From Macrostomum lignano (Eukaryota): 64,000 bases of DNA. Below, piece by piece: positions 21,787 through 35,865 of this stretch. Below the pieces are notes generated by a model, which saw nothing but the letters and a program-made list of their open reading frames with translations, had not been told where the DNA came from and searched no databases. Made by a program: the position numbers and the translations under genes. The stretch spans positions 1-64,000 of the forward strand of contig NIVC01003272.1 of the NCBI GenBank assembly GCA_002269645.1, in the 5' to 3' direction. The first letter of the stretch is position 1, and the number at the start of each line of letters is the position of its first letter.

Positions 21787-23204
21787 CCAAGCATGCAATG
21801 ATAAATCTTAAGAGTTACATTTAATTTAATATCAAAATATGTTAATTAGTTTCATTTATATTTCACTGTGGACCCATTAAAATTTTTTGCAAATGAGATA
21901 TGTGCAGGGCCCCTCCCGATTCTTACAAAATTGATAATCGTATAACTCATTTTGAATGCGTGCCAAATCTAGGAAAACACATTTGTTATAATACACATAT
22001 TTTTCATATTTTACACGAACTAATTTTTGTTTAAACTAGCAGTAAATTTTAGTATAAATAGAAGCGTTTTTGGTGGAGGAGAGACCAACCTCGCGCATCG
22101 CGGTTCCTTAAGAAAGAAAGCCAGTATCAAATAGTAAGAGTTTCAAGTAAACATTATTGAAGATTTTTTTCCGAGTTATTCATTTGCAGAAGAGAAGTGA
22201 AGTGGGAGAGAACACATACAGTATATACTACTGAGAAGTGGAAGTAGTAAGAGACTATGAAGTAGATCCTAAATTGATACATGAAAGAATAACTGGAGGC
22301 TGTGACCCTCTGATCTCGGTAATGCCTAGGATTAGAAGTACATGCAATACATCTACCAGTAAGCCAATACACCGCTCAGGCCAGAATAATAGTAGAATGC
22401 TACCATAATAACAGTAGAATGCAACTTGTATACCAAGAATAATACTAAGAATAATACTCGGACTTATACTCAGAATAAATACTCAGACTAGCCTAATTCT
22501 AAAAAACATTTCTCAGACTTATTCTAAGATTAATAAACTCATAATTTATTAATAGAATAGTCTTGGTGGCAGCTACCAACATTTATAATGACAGAAATTA
22601 AGTCCTATGACAATTTTGGTGACATAGTGGAATTATTTATAAAGTTAGAAGGTTAGCCCTTTGACAACTTGGTGGCTAACCAGTGGGATTTTGTATCGTA
22701 CAAGAACACTGCTTTGACAGATATAAAAAATTCATTCTTTCTTACTTAAAATTTGTAGAAATTAACATTTTCCTATATATTTTAAAAACCTTGAATTTTA
22801 CTTGACCCTAGCAAGCTAAAAAATTACTTTTTTATGCTACAAATAAAGACAGTCAAGTTAAGCCCTAGAATTATATGTTTTTTCTATGAACTTTTTTTTA
22901 ATCAATATTGTCTAAGAACCAATGCTACTTAAATATAAATTTCATTGTCCTAGAAAATTAGAGAAAAACTAGCAATCTAGTGCCCCCCTTCCAATAAGCA
23001 AGGAGCAAAAATTATTCATAGAAAAAAATTAAAAAGCACTTTTTCTTAAGAACCAATTCCTTCTTCAGTTTTAAAAGTCACCTTATTCGAGTAAAATTGT
23101 CATGGCCAATGATATTTGCTATGAATCTCTTCTTTTCTAAAATTAACAAAGACAACAAAATAAAGCTTTCACAAAGATAATAGACATTCCCCCTAAATAG
23201 AAAA

Positions 23205-23645
23205 CATCCCCAATATAGCAAGCATCCCCGAGATAGCAAGAATCCACCTAGATAACAAGCATCCCCCAGATAGCAAGCATCCCCTAGATAGCTAGCATCC
23301 CCCAGATAGCAAGCATCCCCCTAAATACCAAGCATCTACCTAGATAGCAAGCATCCCCCTAAATACCAAGCATCCCCATATAGCAAGCATCCCCCAGATA
23401 GCAAGATACCAAGCATCCTGAAGATAGCAAGCATCCTGAAGATAGCAAGCATCCTGAAGATAGCAAGCATCCCCTAGATAGCAAGCACCCCTCCCCCCAC
23501 ATAGATAGCAAGCATCCTCCAGATAGCAAGCACCTACTACATAGATAGCAAGCATCCCTTGATAGAAAGAATCCTTTATATGTAGATACACATAGCTAGT
23601 ACCCCTCTCTCCTAAACAGCAAGTACCTCGAGAGCAAGCATCCCC
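23205..23645. repeat. ~18-bp satellite AGATAGCAAGCATCCCCC; resumes at 25250-25345 after the inserted element
   Basis: The same unit occurs on both sides of the 23656-25226 insertion. Confidence 0.92.
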
Positions 23646-23655
23646 CAATAGTAAG

Positions 23656-25226
23656 GGGATAGGGACGTTTGCCTGCGGGACGTTTGCCAGCCGACGTTTG
23701 CCTGCGGGACGTTTGCCAGCCGACATTTGCCAGCCGACGTTTGCCAGCCGACGTTTGCCAGTGGGACGTTTGCCAGCCGAAGTTTGCCTGCCGGACGTTT
23801 GCCAGCCGACGTTTGCCTGCGGGACGTTTGCCAGCCGACATTTGCCAGCCGACGTTTGCCAGCGGACGTTTGCCAGTGGGACGTTTGCCAGCCGACGTTT
23901 GCCTGCCGGAAGTTTGCCAGCCAAAATTTGCTAGCCAATATAAAGCCAGTCAGTGAAAAATTTGATACTGAAACATTCGCAGTTTAGCGGTTTGACAAAA
24001 ACCGTTTTTACTCCAACTTTTTGACGGTTATTCGCATGTATACAAGTTTGAAAGCAAAATATATAAATTATGCAGTTCATCAGTCTAACGTCTAATATCT
24101 AGTTTAACAACGATTTTGGCACAACATATCAAAAGATGAACATTGGGTTTGCCTCGTATGAAAGCAATAACAATTTTTGTGCTGAAAAGATGAAAACTTC
24201 CTATCTCCCTATGGCCTTCAAAACATTTTTCATAGATTTCGAGTGCTGCGTACTTCTACTTTAGTAGTCCTTGGCATGACTAAGCTTTGCATACGTAGTG
24301 TCTAGCGCTTGCTATTCTACTAGCTTGCTACTGGCGGCTTGTCTGGCTATTCAGCTATATAGCTTACTATAAAAACGTACCGCATTCGACTCGTCTACAC
24401 ATGTACGTTGAGATCGCGGTTTCCTTGCTTACTTGAGTAGTAATACAACAGCATTGGAATCAATTTGCTTACTTTTAGATCTCCCAATGAACTGAGAAAT
24501 ATATGAGCCAGAATTACCGCTCAGCAGCTCTTTTTGTTTGCCTCATAACTTAATCGCTGGAGATTCCCGTTGTAATCTGCGCGTCTTCTTTCGCACATCA
24601 AAAATCAAACATCTCAAACTGGGAAAAACGATACACAATTGTCAAAAGTAAACAATATTTTCACATTCAAAGAAAATCGTTGTTAAACTGGATATTAGAT
24701 GTAATTATAATTTAATTACTTTTAAATGTGAAAATTTAAATTTAATTTAATTTAATTTAATTTAATTCATAATTTATAGATTTTGCTTTCAAACTTGTAT
24801 ATATGCGAATAACCGTCAAAAAGTTGGAGTAAAAACGGTTTTTGTCAAACCGCTAAACTGCGAATGTTTCAGTATCAAATTTTTCACTGACTGGCTTTAT
24901 ATTGGCTAGCAAATTTTGGCTGGCAAACTTCCGGCAGGCAAACGTCGGCTGGCAAACGTCGGCTGGCAAACGTCCGGCAGGCAAACGTCGGCTGGCAAAT
25001 GTCGGCTGGCAAATGTCGGCTGGCAAATGTCGGCTGGCAAACGTCGGCTGGCAAACGTCGGCTGGCAAACGTCCCGCAGGCAAACGTCCGGCAGGCAAAC
25101 TTCGGCTGGCAAACGTCCCGCTGGCAAACGTCGGCTGGCAAACGTCGGCTGGCAAATGTCGGCTGGCAAACGTCCCGCAGGCAAACGTCGGCTGGCAAAC
25201 GTCCCGCAGGCAAACGTCGTAGACCC
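23656..25226. mobile_element. Non-autonomous Mutator/foldback-like element, 1571 bp
   Basis: 9-bp TSD AATAGTAAG (23647-23655, 25227-25235); GGG...CCC termini; ~450-550 bp inverted arms whose outer parts are 14-bp ACGTTTGCCAGCCG arrays; non-coding ~550-bp core. Confidence 0.88.
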
Positions 25227-25479
25227 AATAGTAAGGACCCCCCCCCCCCCAGATACAATAGCAAGCATACTCTAGATAGCAAGCATCCCCCAGATAGCAA
25301 GATATCAAGCATCCTGAAGATAGCAAGCATTCACCAGATAGCAAGTAGCTAATGCAAATATTTCTTCTGCTAATGTAATAATCACTTTCTCAGGTAGTGC
25401 AATAATCCATGTCTCAGCCAGCACAATAATCCTGTTCTCATCTAGTGCAATAATACTTTACTCATCCAGTGCAAAAATC

Positions 25480-25745
25480 GATTTCTCAGCTAGTGCAACA
25501 ATCCTTGGCTTACCAATTGCAATAATCCTTGGCTATCAAGTGCAATAATCCTTGGCTTATCAAGTGCAATAATCTTTGTTTTATCAAGCGCAGTAATCCT
25601 TGGTTTATCAAGTGCAATAATCCTTAGTTTATTAAGTGCAGTAATCCTTGGTTTATCAAGTGCAGTAATTTTTGGTTTATCAAGTGCAGTAATCCTTAGT
25701 TTATCAAGTGCAATAATCATTGGTTTATCATCTAGCGCCATAATC
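25480..25745. repeat. 24-bp minisatellite (TCAAGTGCAATAATCCTTGGTTTA), about 11 copies
   Basis: Period 24, degenerating leftwards; reads ALDKPRIT repeats on the minus strand. Confidence 0.9.
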
Positions 25746-27487
25746 CAGGTCTTTTTAATTAGTCCCTTAATAAAAGCTTTCAATAAAAATTTACACTACT
25801 TTTTTATATACTACTAAGATTCAAACCCAAGGGGGGCCATAGCCCAGCAGTAGTGCAGCTGCTCTTAGTGTGCCAGCAACCCAGGCTTGATTCCAAGTGC
25901 AGTCACATTAATTTGGGGCTGAATTGGAATCTCAGCTTGGCTCTGCTTATGCAATTAACAGCCTTGAGAGCCAACCCCCCCCCCCCAAGGCGCAGTGAAG
26001 TATACATGCCTAACAATAATATAAAGTTAGGGCCGCTGTACACTCCTGTGTGAGTGTGTGCCTGCATACGTATCCGCACGCTTGTATGCCTGCTCAAGGG
26101 AGTTGGTGGAATGGGCAGTAATGCATCTTACCAGTTGTGTGCCTATGTCACTTAAATTGTGCCAGGGTGCACACAACCCCCTTGCCTCTAATAAAAAAAA
26201 AGATTCAAACCCAGGCTGTTGCATTAGCAGTCCAGTGTGTTCACATCTAGGCTAGCTCTCATTGAAATTATAAATGAATCTGTAGCACTTATAATTCAAC
26301 ACTCATACCAATTTCTTAGGCAAGTCAGTACCAGTCTCTATTAAAGTTACTAATATGGTTACGCAATATAAATCAAGTATTTATTCTACTATGCTTCCAC
26401 ACTGCATTTTCAATACTGTGACTGTGACACAATTCAATTCAGTGTCAAAATTCAGCCAGTACATAGATGTGATGCAATCTATTTCAGAATCAGAATTCAA
26501 TCAGTCAGTTTTTTCTCTAGCATTCTTACAATGTATTTCAAGTTAAAAGTTCTGCTTGCAAAACAGCATGTTTTTCAAATATTTAATCCCTTTAGCATTG
26601 AGCAATTTCTTAGGCACATTGCATGTACCATCATAGAAAATTTTTTTATCAAACAGTACAAGTTCAAAGAAAATTTGTTTAGCCATTTTTTCTAAAATTG
26701 ATCGCATACCTAGATAGATACTGATAGACCATTTTTAGCATATGAATATTTTGCAAGGGCTCTATGATATTTTTGAAAAGATTTTGGCAAATCAATCACA
26801 AAAGTAATTAATGTTTTTAGCATCTTGATAGCAATTTTATAGCAATGTATTATATATCCTGGTGAATATAAAAAAGTTATAGGCATAATACATAGAAATA
26901 TTGTACTTAATATTTGAAAAAAATATTAAAATTAAAAACTAAGTAATAATTATAGGATAAAATAACTGTAAACTGAGAGAAGGCGAGAGTTAAGCGAGAC
27001 CAAAAACACACAAAGTGGCTAAAGCCACGCGCAACAATTTATATATTTGCAATGTACATCAATGTACATTACGATTATTTGCAGATGAATACCTCCAACC
27101 CTATAACAACCACACAACAGTGAAAACATTCATAACGCTTCCATAACAAATAGGAAATAAGCTTTAACCTTATAAATAAAAAAAATAGAAGTAACAACTA
27201 GATATAAAATTAATGAATAAGTTACAAGCTTGTTTATCTTAAAATAGAAAATAGTAAAGTAAAACTAACAAAAGGGTAAAAGTAAAAAACCTCTCATGCC
27301 TTGTTAGGTCTTAATAGCCTGTATTATGCATTATATGTTAAACAAGTCACTTAAAAAAGTAACATACATTATATTATGAGATTACTATAATTCAACTTCT
27401 TATAAGTTATCACTTTTTTTAAATTAGGGCCTAGGCCTAGCTTATGTTAGCACTAGCATTATTGGTAAATTTTGAGTTAGGCCTACA

Positions 27488-30254
27488 GTCATTTACCAGG
27501 GGCTTGTGGTCCGTGAAGACCGTCACATTGCGGCCCTCAATCAAGCTCCGGAAATGCAGCACTGCCAGATAGACGGCGAGAAGCTCTCGGTCGAACGCTG
27601 AGTACTTCTGCTGCGCAGCCGTCAACTTCTTGCTGAATAGGCCAATTGGTGTCGAGGTCTCGCTGGACGCTTGATGAAGCGCGGCGCCGATGCTGGTGGA
27701 TAAAGCGTCCGTGACCAGGCTGTAGGACTCACAGTTTGGGTCCGGGTGCTGAAGCAGCAGTCGCTCAGCCAGGCTCTCCTTGAGTCGCCTGAACGCCTCT
27801 TCTTGGACTTGTCCCCAGGTGTAGGCTCGCGGTGAACGTCGTGCCAATGTAACGAGATCTTGCAGCGGTGCGGCGATGTCAGCGAAGTGCGGGATGAACC
27901 GCCGATAAAAGCCAATGACTCCGAGAAATCGCCGTAACGCGTTCGGGTCCTTGGGCGCCGGCCACTGCTGAATGGCGTCTACCTTGGAGGCAATCGGGCG
28001 GATACCGTTGGCTGAGACGTGATGCCCTAGGAACGTGACTTCCGGTTGCATGAAAACGCATTTGGCCAGCTGCACTTTGAGTCCGTAGTGGTCCAATCGT
28101 GACAGGACAGCTTCCAGGTGTTACAGGTGCTCCTCTTCGCTCACAGATGCTACCAGGAGGTCATCGATGTAGGAGATGGCGAAAGGGAGCCCGCGGAGCA
28201 CACCGTCGATGAACCGCTGAAAGGTTTGCACGGCGTTCCTCAGGCCGAATGGCATCCGGGTCCACTCGTACAACCCGAATGGCGTGACTATGGCGGTCTT
28301 GTGAATATCTTCTTCGGCGATCGGGATCTGATGGTACGCTCTCACCAGGTCGAGCTTCGAAAAGACTTTCGCACCGTGCAGGCTCCTCGTGAAGCACTGG
28401 ATGTGAGGAATCGGGTACTTGTCTGGCTTGGTCAACCGGTTGAGCTGCCGATAATCACCGCATGGTCTCCACTTGCCGTTCGGAACACCGTCGTTCTTCT
28501 TTGGCACCATGTGCAGCGGTGATACCCAGTTGCTGGACGAAGGTCGCAGGTATCCGGCATCGTTCAGCTGCTGGAACTCATTCTTCGCGATGGCTAGTTT
28601 CTCAGGGTGCAGCTGCCTGGCCTTGGCGTGAGTCGGTTGATGCTCGCCGGTAACGATGACGTGACGCGTGTCGTGCTTGACCTCTTCGGCTGGTGGCAGG
28701 CGACCTCCCTCCACGTATGTGAAGGTGTCTTTGAAGCGGTCAATGAGCTGACGGACCCGCTGATCGCAGTTGTCGGGGTACGCCAAGGAAACGCTGAAGG
28801 TGTCGAGCTGCATCGCGGCAACCGGCAGCGTCTGCGTGCGAAGCTTTGTTTCAGGATCGACCAGCTGGCGTGTCTTGCAGTCGACGAGCAATCCATAGTG
28901 CGATAGGAAGTCATATCCCAGTATGGGCTGAACCACGGCGGCGACCAAGAAGGTCCAGCGGAACGAGCGGCGCAGGCCTCGAATAGCGACATCGAGCGTG
29001 ACTTCTCCAGCAACCGGGATTGGAGCACCTGTGGCGGTGGTTAAGCGGAATCCAGTCGCTTGGAAGGCCTGGCGTAGATACTTTGATGGGATGATGGATG
29101 CTGCGGCACCAGTGTCGACGAGGAATGCAAGGACTTGGCTGTTGAAGGTCAGATCTACCACCAGGAAGGCTTGGTTTGCCGCTCTATCGCTGATGGCGCT
29201 GCTTACTGCGGCGTGTTGGGCAGCGCCGCCCAGTTTTCCGGATCGCGACGCACAGGCGAGTTAGAGCGAGACTGGGCGGGCGTTGACTCGCGGTTGCTAA
29301 GGACGCGTGGCTGGTGCCCCGGCAACTTCGGAAACTGACACCACCGGCGGCATGTGCGCGCCTGCAGGCCATAGAAGACGTGCGCGCGGCAGACGACTGG
29401 ACGTTGACCGGATCGGAACGGCGGCACGTCGTTGCGAGGTGGTCTCCGTGTCGCAGCTGAGCTTTGGGTTTGCTGAGCTGGGATAGCAGCGACAGGCTGC
29501 GCTGCTCCGAGCTGTCCTACTGCGTTGACCTTCCCGCCGGTACTCTGGACGCTGAACATTGCGTCGGCGATGGTGGCGATCTCCATAGGGGATTGGCCTT
29601 GGAAGCCCAACAGTGCGATGCGGAACTCGCTGGGTAGGCAGCGGAGCAGGGTTGCTTTGACCATATCAGGGCACACCGTAGGATTTAGTCCGCACTGCGA
29701 CATCTTGGCGACCAGTCACTGCAGAAAGATCGAAGGTTTATCTCCGCCGAGGTCTGAGGTTGCCAGAATTTCATTGATTTTTTCTTGTTGGCTCTTCTGC
29801 AGCATGTTGCAGACGCCTTTCTTCAGGTTGGTGTAGCTCTGCGCATTAGCTGACGACAGCGAATCTCTGGACAGGAAGACCGAGCCGATGTCCTTGGGTA
29901 GATGGGCAACCAGATGAAAAAACTTAGTTTTCTCAGAGGTGATGTGCGCTAAGTTAAACTGCGCCTCCAGAGTGCAGAACCACACTTCTGGATTTGTCCG
30001 ATAGAAGGGTGGTGGCTTGACAGCCACAGCTGCCACTGCTGGGTTACCAGTTGGCGCAGAGTCGTCGTTCGCGGCATCCTGCTGACCCTGGAGTGTGTCG
30101 ACTTCGGGTTGAATCGAGTCTTCGTTGGACATTTGAGGTGTCGCCTCACCGGACCAATTGTAGCAATAGTTGATGAAGATAAAGAGCAAAGGCGGTGGTT
30201 CTGTGTTTGCTGTATGAAAAGAATCACTTAAAGAGTTGAAGTACTTACGTTACA
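27488..30254 (-). mobile_element. Ty3/Gypsy (CsRn1-like) LTR retrotransposon, 3'-truncated inside RNase H
   Basis: Gag 30132-29203 (KPPPFYRTNPEVWF..EAQF..GDKPS; CRAH..G..ARTC..WC; one in-frame TGA), protease FLVDTGA, RT ([27 protein letters not shown]; one in-frame TAA at 28121), RNase H (YSAFDRELLAVY, TDHKPL). Possible short LTR TGTAAC..GCTACA at 30254-30159 followed by TGG PBS (low confidence). Confidence 0.93.
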
Positions 30255-33200
30255 TTTATTTATAGTACTAAACTGAGTATAACTGGAAATTTTTAGAAGT
30301 TTCATTAGTTACAACAAAATTAAATATTTTAAATGCTATTACATAACACTACTGTACAAATGCATTCATAAATATGACAACAATAAATTTTATACCTAAT
30401 ATTAAGCAGTAAAACTAACATTTGATTAAACTAAAGGAAATTTCTGGAATAAACTTTAACTTTGCACTAAAAAAATAATTTTTGAAAATTCTGATTCTAA
30501 AAATAAATCTAGCATACATGTACTTTCTAAGATTGATACCTTACGCTACATACTCACTTCTGCTACTCATTTTTAGGCCAACAATTTTTTTTCACTTTTA
30601 AAATATATTGCAATACAATGCAATACAATTAGTATTGCAATACTATAGAAACAACATAGACAATTGCCAAATTGATTACTTTTCTAAGAAAAAGTAGGCC
30701 TAGGCCTACTATATAAAAATGTGCATTTAGCAAATTTTCTAGCATTTAGTGTTTGTTTAAGTCATTATTAGTTTATTAGGCCTAGTTGTCAACAACATTA
30801 AAAAGCAAAATGTCTATTTAACAGTGCTGGCATTCTGTTAGGTAGGTATATCAATTTTGTTTCACTATTGCATTTGTCCAATCATTGCATTGTCATTAAT
30901 TAATTTGTTGAGAGCATAAAAAGCACATACTGATGCCGATGGGCCTAATTAATATAAATGATATCACATTGATTCATGTAAATTTCAAGAAGCCTGAATT
31001 TTGATGCCAATGGGGGATGATTTCGAAATATAATTTATCCGTAAATAAATCTGAATTTTTCAATGAGATTTCAACTGGTAAAATAAGGGAAATACTTAAA
31101 AACTGATGCAATAGCCTACAAATAGAACATCATCTACAATAAAATTTATCCAAACTCATGACTCGTGATAGTTACTTGCTTTCTTTGAAAATACAATTTT
31201 GAAGCAACGCAAAAACGTTTGGATTTTGCAAACTACGCATAACACGACACGATGTATAACACAATGCATTTTCTTCCTAAGCTGATTCTAGTTTTCGATT
31301 TTTTTTAAAAAGTAGTTTGATCCTATATTAATAAATTTAAATCCTGAGAGTTAGCGAAGATTTTAGTTGACTGACCATTTTTTTACTTTTCAAACGTCGA
31401 TGGGTACAGTTTGTTTGGCAATGGCCTATTCTGCTGGTGATGGTGCCCACTCTAACGGCGATAGTGTCCATATTCTATAGGTGATGGCGCCCATGCTTCC
31501 GGCGATGGACAAACAAAAATTTTAGTAGTACTATACACGCTCCGGCCTGGTAGCCCACTAGGTCTCAATTCTCACCTAACGGGTACACACCTGAGCCTCA
31601 CTGCTGTTGTTTGGTTTCACGTAAAAAGCATGCTTATTACCTACATACTTTCCTGAGATACTTCACCATCACCTGTCTAGCACTGGCCCCATAAGTCGTT
31701 GCAGGCGATGGGGTAAAGCATTAGTGTGAATTTATAAGTTGACAAAAGATGCTTGAATTCGATCTTTTGATCCACATGTAGCATCAATCGACAGCCTGCT
31801 GGTTTCGCAAAACAAACTTGAAATGTAAAAAATCAAATGTGTTAATCTTATTCTGAATCAATTCTGATTAGTGCGATCGCAATGAGAATTTTGCGATTCG
31901 CAGGGAACATAGCATTGCCAAGACCATTTTATTTGTTTGTTTGAGGAAAAGAAAACGCAGTCATAAACTTTACAAAGCTCCTTAAAGTTGAAATAAAGTC
32001 GAAATCCGAATATCAGCACTTTTAGTGGAAAATTTCTCAGGAGTCGCGCCAATAATTCAAACAAAAAAGCTGCGGCAGCGGACGACGGCAATGGGGCAAA
32101 ATGTCGTCCTTTCACCGCCGCCAGCCCCAACATTAATGAAATGAGGCAAGACAATACAAAGATTTGTATTGCACATAAAGCAAAAACTACATGTACACCA
32201 CCTCAGCGCTGAAACCGAAGTCCATAAGGAACTGTGTGAATGTTGTGATTTTCGAAAATAGTGAATTTAGTGAGCGAGTACGAGCGTAAACGCAAGTTAT
32301 AATACAAATTATAACATAATAGCTCGTGCGAGTAATAGCATAAAAATAATACTATAATGCTACTTTTAAAGAAAAAGCGCAAAAAATTGAAAAACAATAA
32401 TGACTGTGGATGGTCAGGGGAAAAGCAGAACTAAAGTTAAAATATTAGTAAGCAATTAATTGATTCGTGAAAACTTTCACGAGAATTGCTGATAGAACTA
32501 CTTAGCAACTGGGCCATGTAAACTGAACCCAATTTTAGGTTGGTTAATTAATAAAAAACAGGTTAGCGACTGCTCAGTAAAACTGTTGGTAGAAGCTTTT
32601 TAGAGATGGAAGCGAATGAATCGAACGCTAACTAATCGGAAATGAAATATATTTAATGTAAACTGACAGGAATAAATGCTCAATACTATGACAACAGAGA
32701 AGACGTGACTATAAATTACAAACCATAACGCGCCATAAGCAGGTCACAGAAGTGAATAATAATTATTGAGATGCAATTTACACACGCCTTGTAGAAATCA
32801 TGGGCCGCGTGCACAAGTCACGAATGTACTCAATTAGAGCTTTGTGAGCAAATGCTTTAACCCACTTGTTAGACTGAGAGCAAAGATATTGTGCTTTTTG
32901 ATAGCTATTTAACATTTATATACATGACAACAGATCTCTGCTGTGTCTCACTGACTAGTGAGGAATACTATGGTGCAGCAGCCAAAAGCGGCTAAATTTA
33001 CTGCCTCACATTGTCTCTAAATGGGGGCAAGTTGAAGTTCGAATCAGCAAAAGAAAGCAGATAGACGTTCAGTCAGTGGAGCAACCTGAAATTCGGTGAG
33101 GGAGGGGGTGGATTCCAAGGCAGAGGGAAGCGGGCTTGTATTTTGGCAAAACTCGCTTGCAATTTTTTCATTTCCGCCGAAGGGGGAGGTGGGAGGTGGT

Positions 33201-33359
33201 CCACCACCTGGTTAAGCCGCTGCAAACGCTAATAGACTAGAAAGGCTGTAGCCAGCTGCAAAGCAAAATGGACATTTCACTACCCCGCTTATTGCAAAGA
33301 AAAGCCATTGCTAGATTAGATAGATATAATAAACAGAATACGCCATTCAGTACATCCGT

Positions 33360-34148
33360 TTACTGCTGGTGAGCCAAGCTGAGCTCCCCGGTGTGTCTGA
33401 TGTGCGAGTCCACGCAAGATAACGCTATGCCCAGCTGGGCTAGGTAGTAGGTTGCCATGACAAAGGCGTGAGCAGCAGGCAGCGGCACCAGGAACTTGTC
33501 GATGACCAGAGAGAGGTCACTGGCAACGAAAAGTACGGCACCAAGCAGGGCGCTGACGGAGGTCCAGGCGCCGCTGTTCAAACGGGCCGAGGCGCGCCAC
33601 AGCATGGTGAAGATGAGACAGGTGTACAGCAACCCGATGCAACGCAAAGACAGTCCGTGTACCTGCAACAGGTAAAATTTTGGCATGGACCAACATTATT
33701 GCACACCGCAGCTAAGACAACAGTTCGCTGGGACAAAAATACTGGCCAGACCAGCTCTTACGGATGGGATTATGCAGGCATAGATCAGGGAGCCGGCAGC
33801 AGCCATGAAGCAGCCGAGGCGACGGCTCGGGGGCTGCATGCCGAATGCCAGTGTATAGCACAGCTGGGCCGCAGCGAAGCTGGCTACACCAGCCAGGAAG
33901 CCGTCCTCGAAGACCAGCGCAGCATCTCCTAGGGCGGATAGCAACAGGCCAAGGGTGATGCGACGGTTGTAGGCAAAGATGTTTCCCCTAGCAACGCCCA
34001 GGCTGAGCACAAATCCGATCAGGCAGCAGACGGGAGCGAGCTTAAATGCAAGGTAGACAAGGCCTCTAGGTACTTTCTCGGGGTATAGGATGAAGAATGC
34101 AGCTGCCGTTTTCAAGAACGGTACCAGGCGCGGGCCGACACTCTTCAT
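33360..34148 (-). CDS. TMEM86: Lysoplasmalogenase TMEM86/YhhN family; exons 34148-33762 and 33662-33360 (first exon upstream)
   Basis: KSVGPRLVPFLK, GLLLSALGDAAL, AFGMQP, GAVLFVASDL..IDKF..VMATYYLAQ match TMEM86A. 99-nt GT-AG intron; CAG acceptor directly before 34148. Confidence 0.93.
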
Positions 34149-34719
34149 CTGTGTAGAGGACAAGATATGGTGCTTTCAAAATAACTGGACAACATAGTAA
34201 TAAGATTCTATAAGTTAGTACTAGGGAATTAACAATTTCTAGTTGACCCCAGAAAAACATTTATAAAATTTTGTTGATAGCCACAACAATTACATATACT
34301 ATATAGTATAAGGTGGCAAAACAAAAAAAATAATATTATAAGCAAAAATTTATTGCAATTTTTTAGCATGTTATAGGTATATAATATACTAAAAACAATT
34401 CTTGATGTTGTATTGTATATTTATATATATACTTATATAAAGTTAAGAAATATACTCTACATTCCATAGAGTTGGCTTCTATAAAGTACATATCTTAACA
34501 AATTTAATTAGCATAAATACCTAAGTTGATACACTGTAGCAACCAAAGTTCGCTAATTAACAGTAGGAATAACAAGCCATTCTTCTGCCCATTGAACTAG
34601 CCAGAGAGGGGGAATTCCCCCTGACAATTTTTTGCTGCGCCATAATGGAGCAATGCAGGCACACAAAATTCAAGAACATGAGCTAACTTTTTATTGCGCA
34701 CCTTTTCAAACAGGAATCA

Positions 34720-35865
34720 AGTCGCCAACCTTCTGGACTGTCAAGATATTTGACAATTCTGCCAGAAGGTCAGATCCCTCCTATAAGCGCCAATGTATAT
34801 AGTACACCCCTGTGCACCTGAGTACAGCCTTGCCAAGCCTCCAAATTTCATCAGCACATCGACCACATGTGTCTGCACTGCATCAGCTGTGACTTCGTTG
34901 ATCATTGACCTTCACCCAGGCGGAGCTTCTGGACCTTCAACAGGTGGCACCAGGTGCCTATAAACACTCTGGTATGAATTTCTCTAGTTTCGCTGATCAA
35001 GCCTCGACAGAGGACAAGCCTCGATTGCTGAACATTCTCAGCTAGTCTCTCAAGTATTCTGTCATCACCTGGATGCCATTGGCACCTTCAACAGATTACA
35101 CCAGGTGACTAGGAACACCATGATGCAAATTTCTTTGATGTCACTGATCAAGCATCAACAATGGGCAAACTCCAACCCCTGGTCACTCTCAGCCAGACTC
35201 TCAAACAGACTATCATTACCGCCATAATGATGGAAATTTGATTATGTAATTAGCTAATTGAATCATAAATTGAGCCAAATTTTTGCCAAGAGAAAAAACA
35301 AAAAGTATCAAATTATCTGTATGGACTCAAGATCAATTAAAAGTAACTAAATTGCTTAAGGAATAATAAAGTAATCTATTTTGGGTGTCCATAGTCATGT
35401 TTTTGTTCCTTGAAGGTTCCAATGGCGTCGGGGTGATTAGTGAATGCTTGAGAGACTATCTAAGAATGCCCAGCTGTTGAGGCTTGCCCACTGTCAAGGC
35501 TTGATCAGCAAAACTAGAGAATTTGTCCATAGTCACCTGGTACCACCCGTTGAAAGTGCCGATGGCATCCGGGTAATGATGGAATGCTTGAGAACTAGCT
35601 GAGAATGTCCAGCAGTTGAGGCTTGCCAACTGTCAAGGCTTGATCAGCAATACTAAAGAAGTTTGCATCAGAGTGTTCATAGTCTCCTGTTGTTGAAGGT
35701 GCCAACAGCATCCAAGTGATGATGGAATGCTTGAGAGACTAGCTGAGAATGTCCAGCAGTCAAGGCTTGCCCACTATTGTGTACTGAATACACTGGAACT
35801 TATGAGAAAAATCCAACCTTCTGGCAGAATCATTGAATATCTTGACAGTCTGGATAGCTTGCAAC
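34720..35865. repeat. Diverged long inverted repeat built of ~140-143-bp subunits
   Basis: 34720-35205 is inverted relative to 35410-35865 (e.g. GACTGTCAAGATATT/AATATCTTGACAGTC; GCTGATCAAGC/GCTTGATCAGC); ~200-bp AT-rich spacer. Confidence 0.75.

Noticed and set aside
23340-25352. Many overlapping 80-190-aa ORFs (MAGKLPAGKRRL.., MPAGRLPADVC..)
   Set aside because: Translations of stop-free 14-bp and 18-bp tandem repeats, open in several frames on both strands.
32960-33060. tRNA/SINE suggested by GTTCGAATC at 33037-33045
   Set aside because: No cloverleaf or convincingly spaced A-box could be built.
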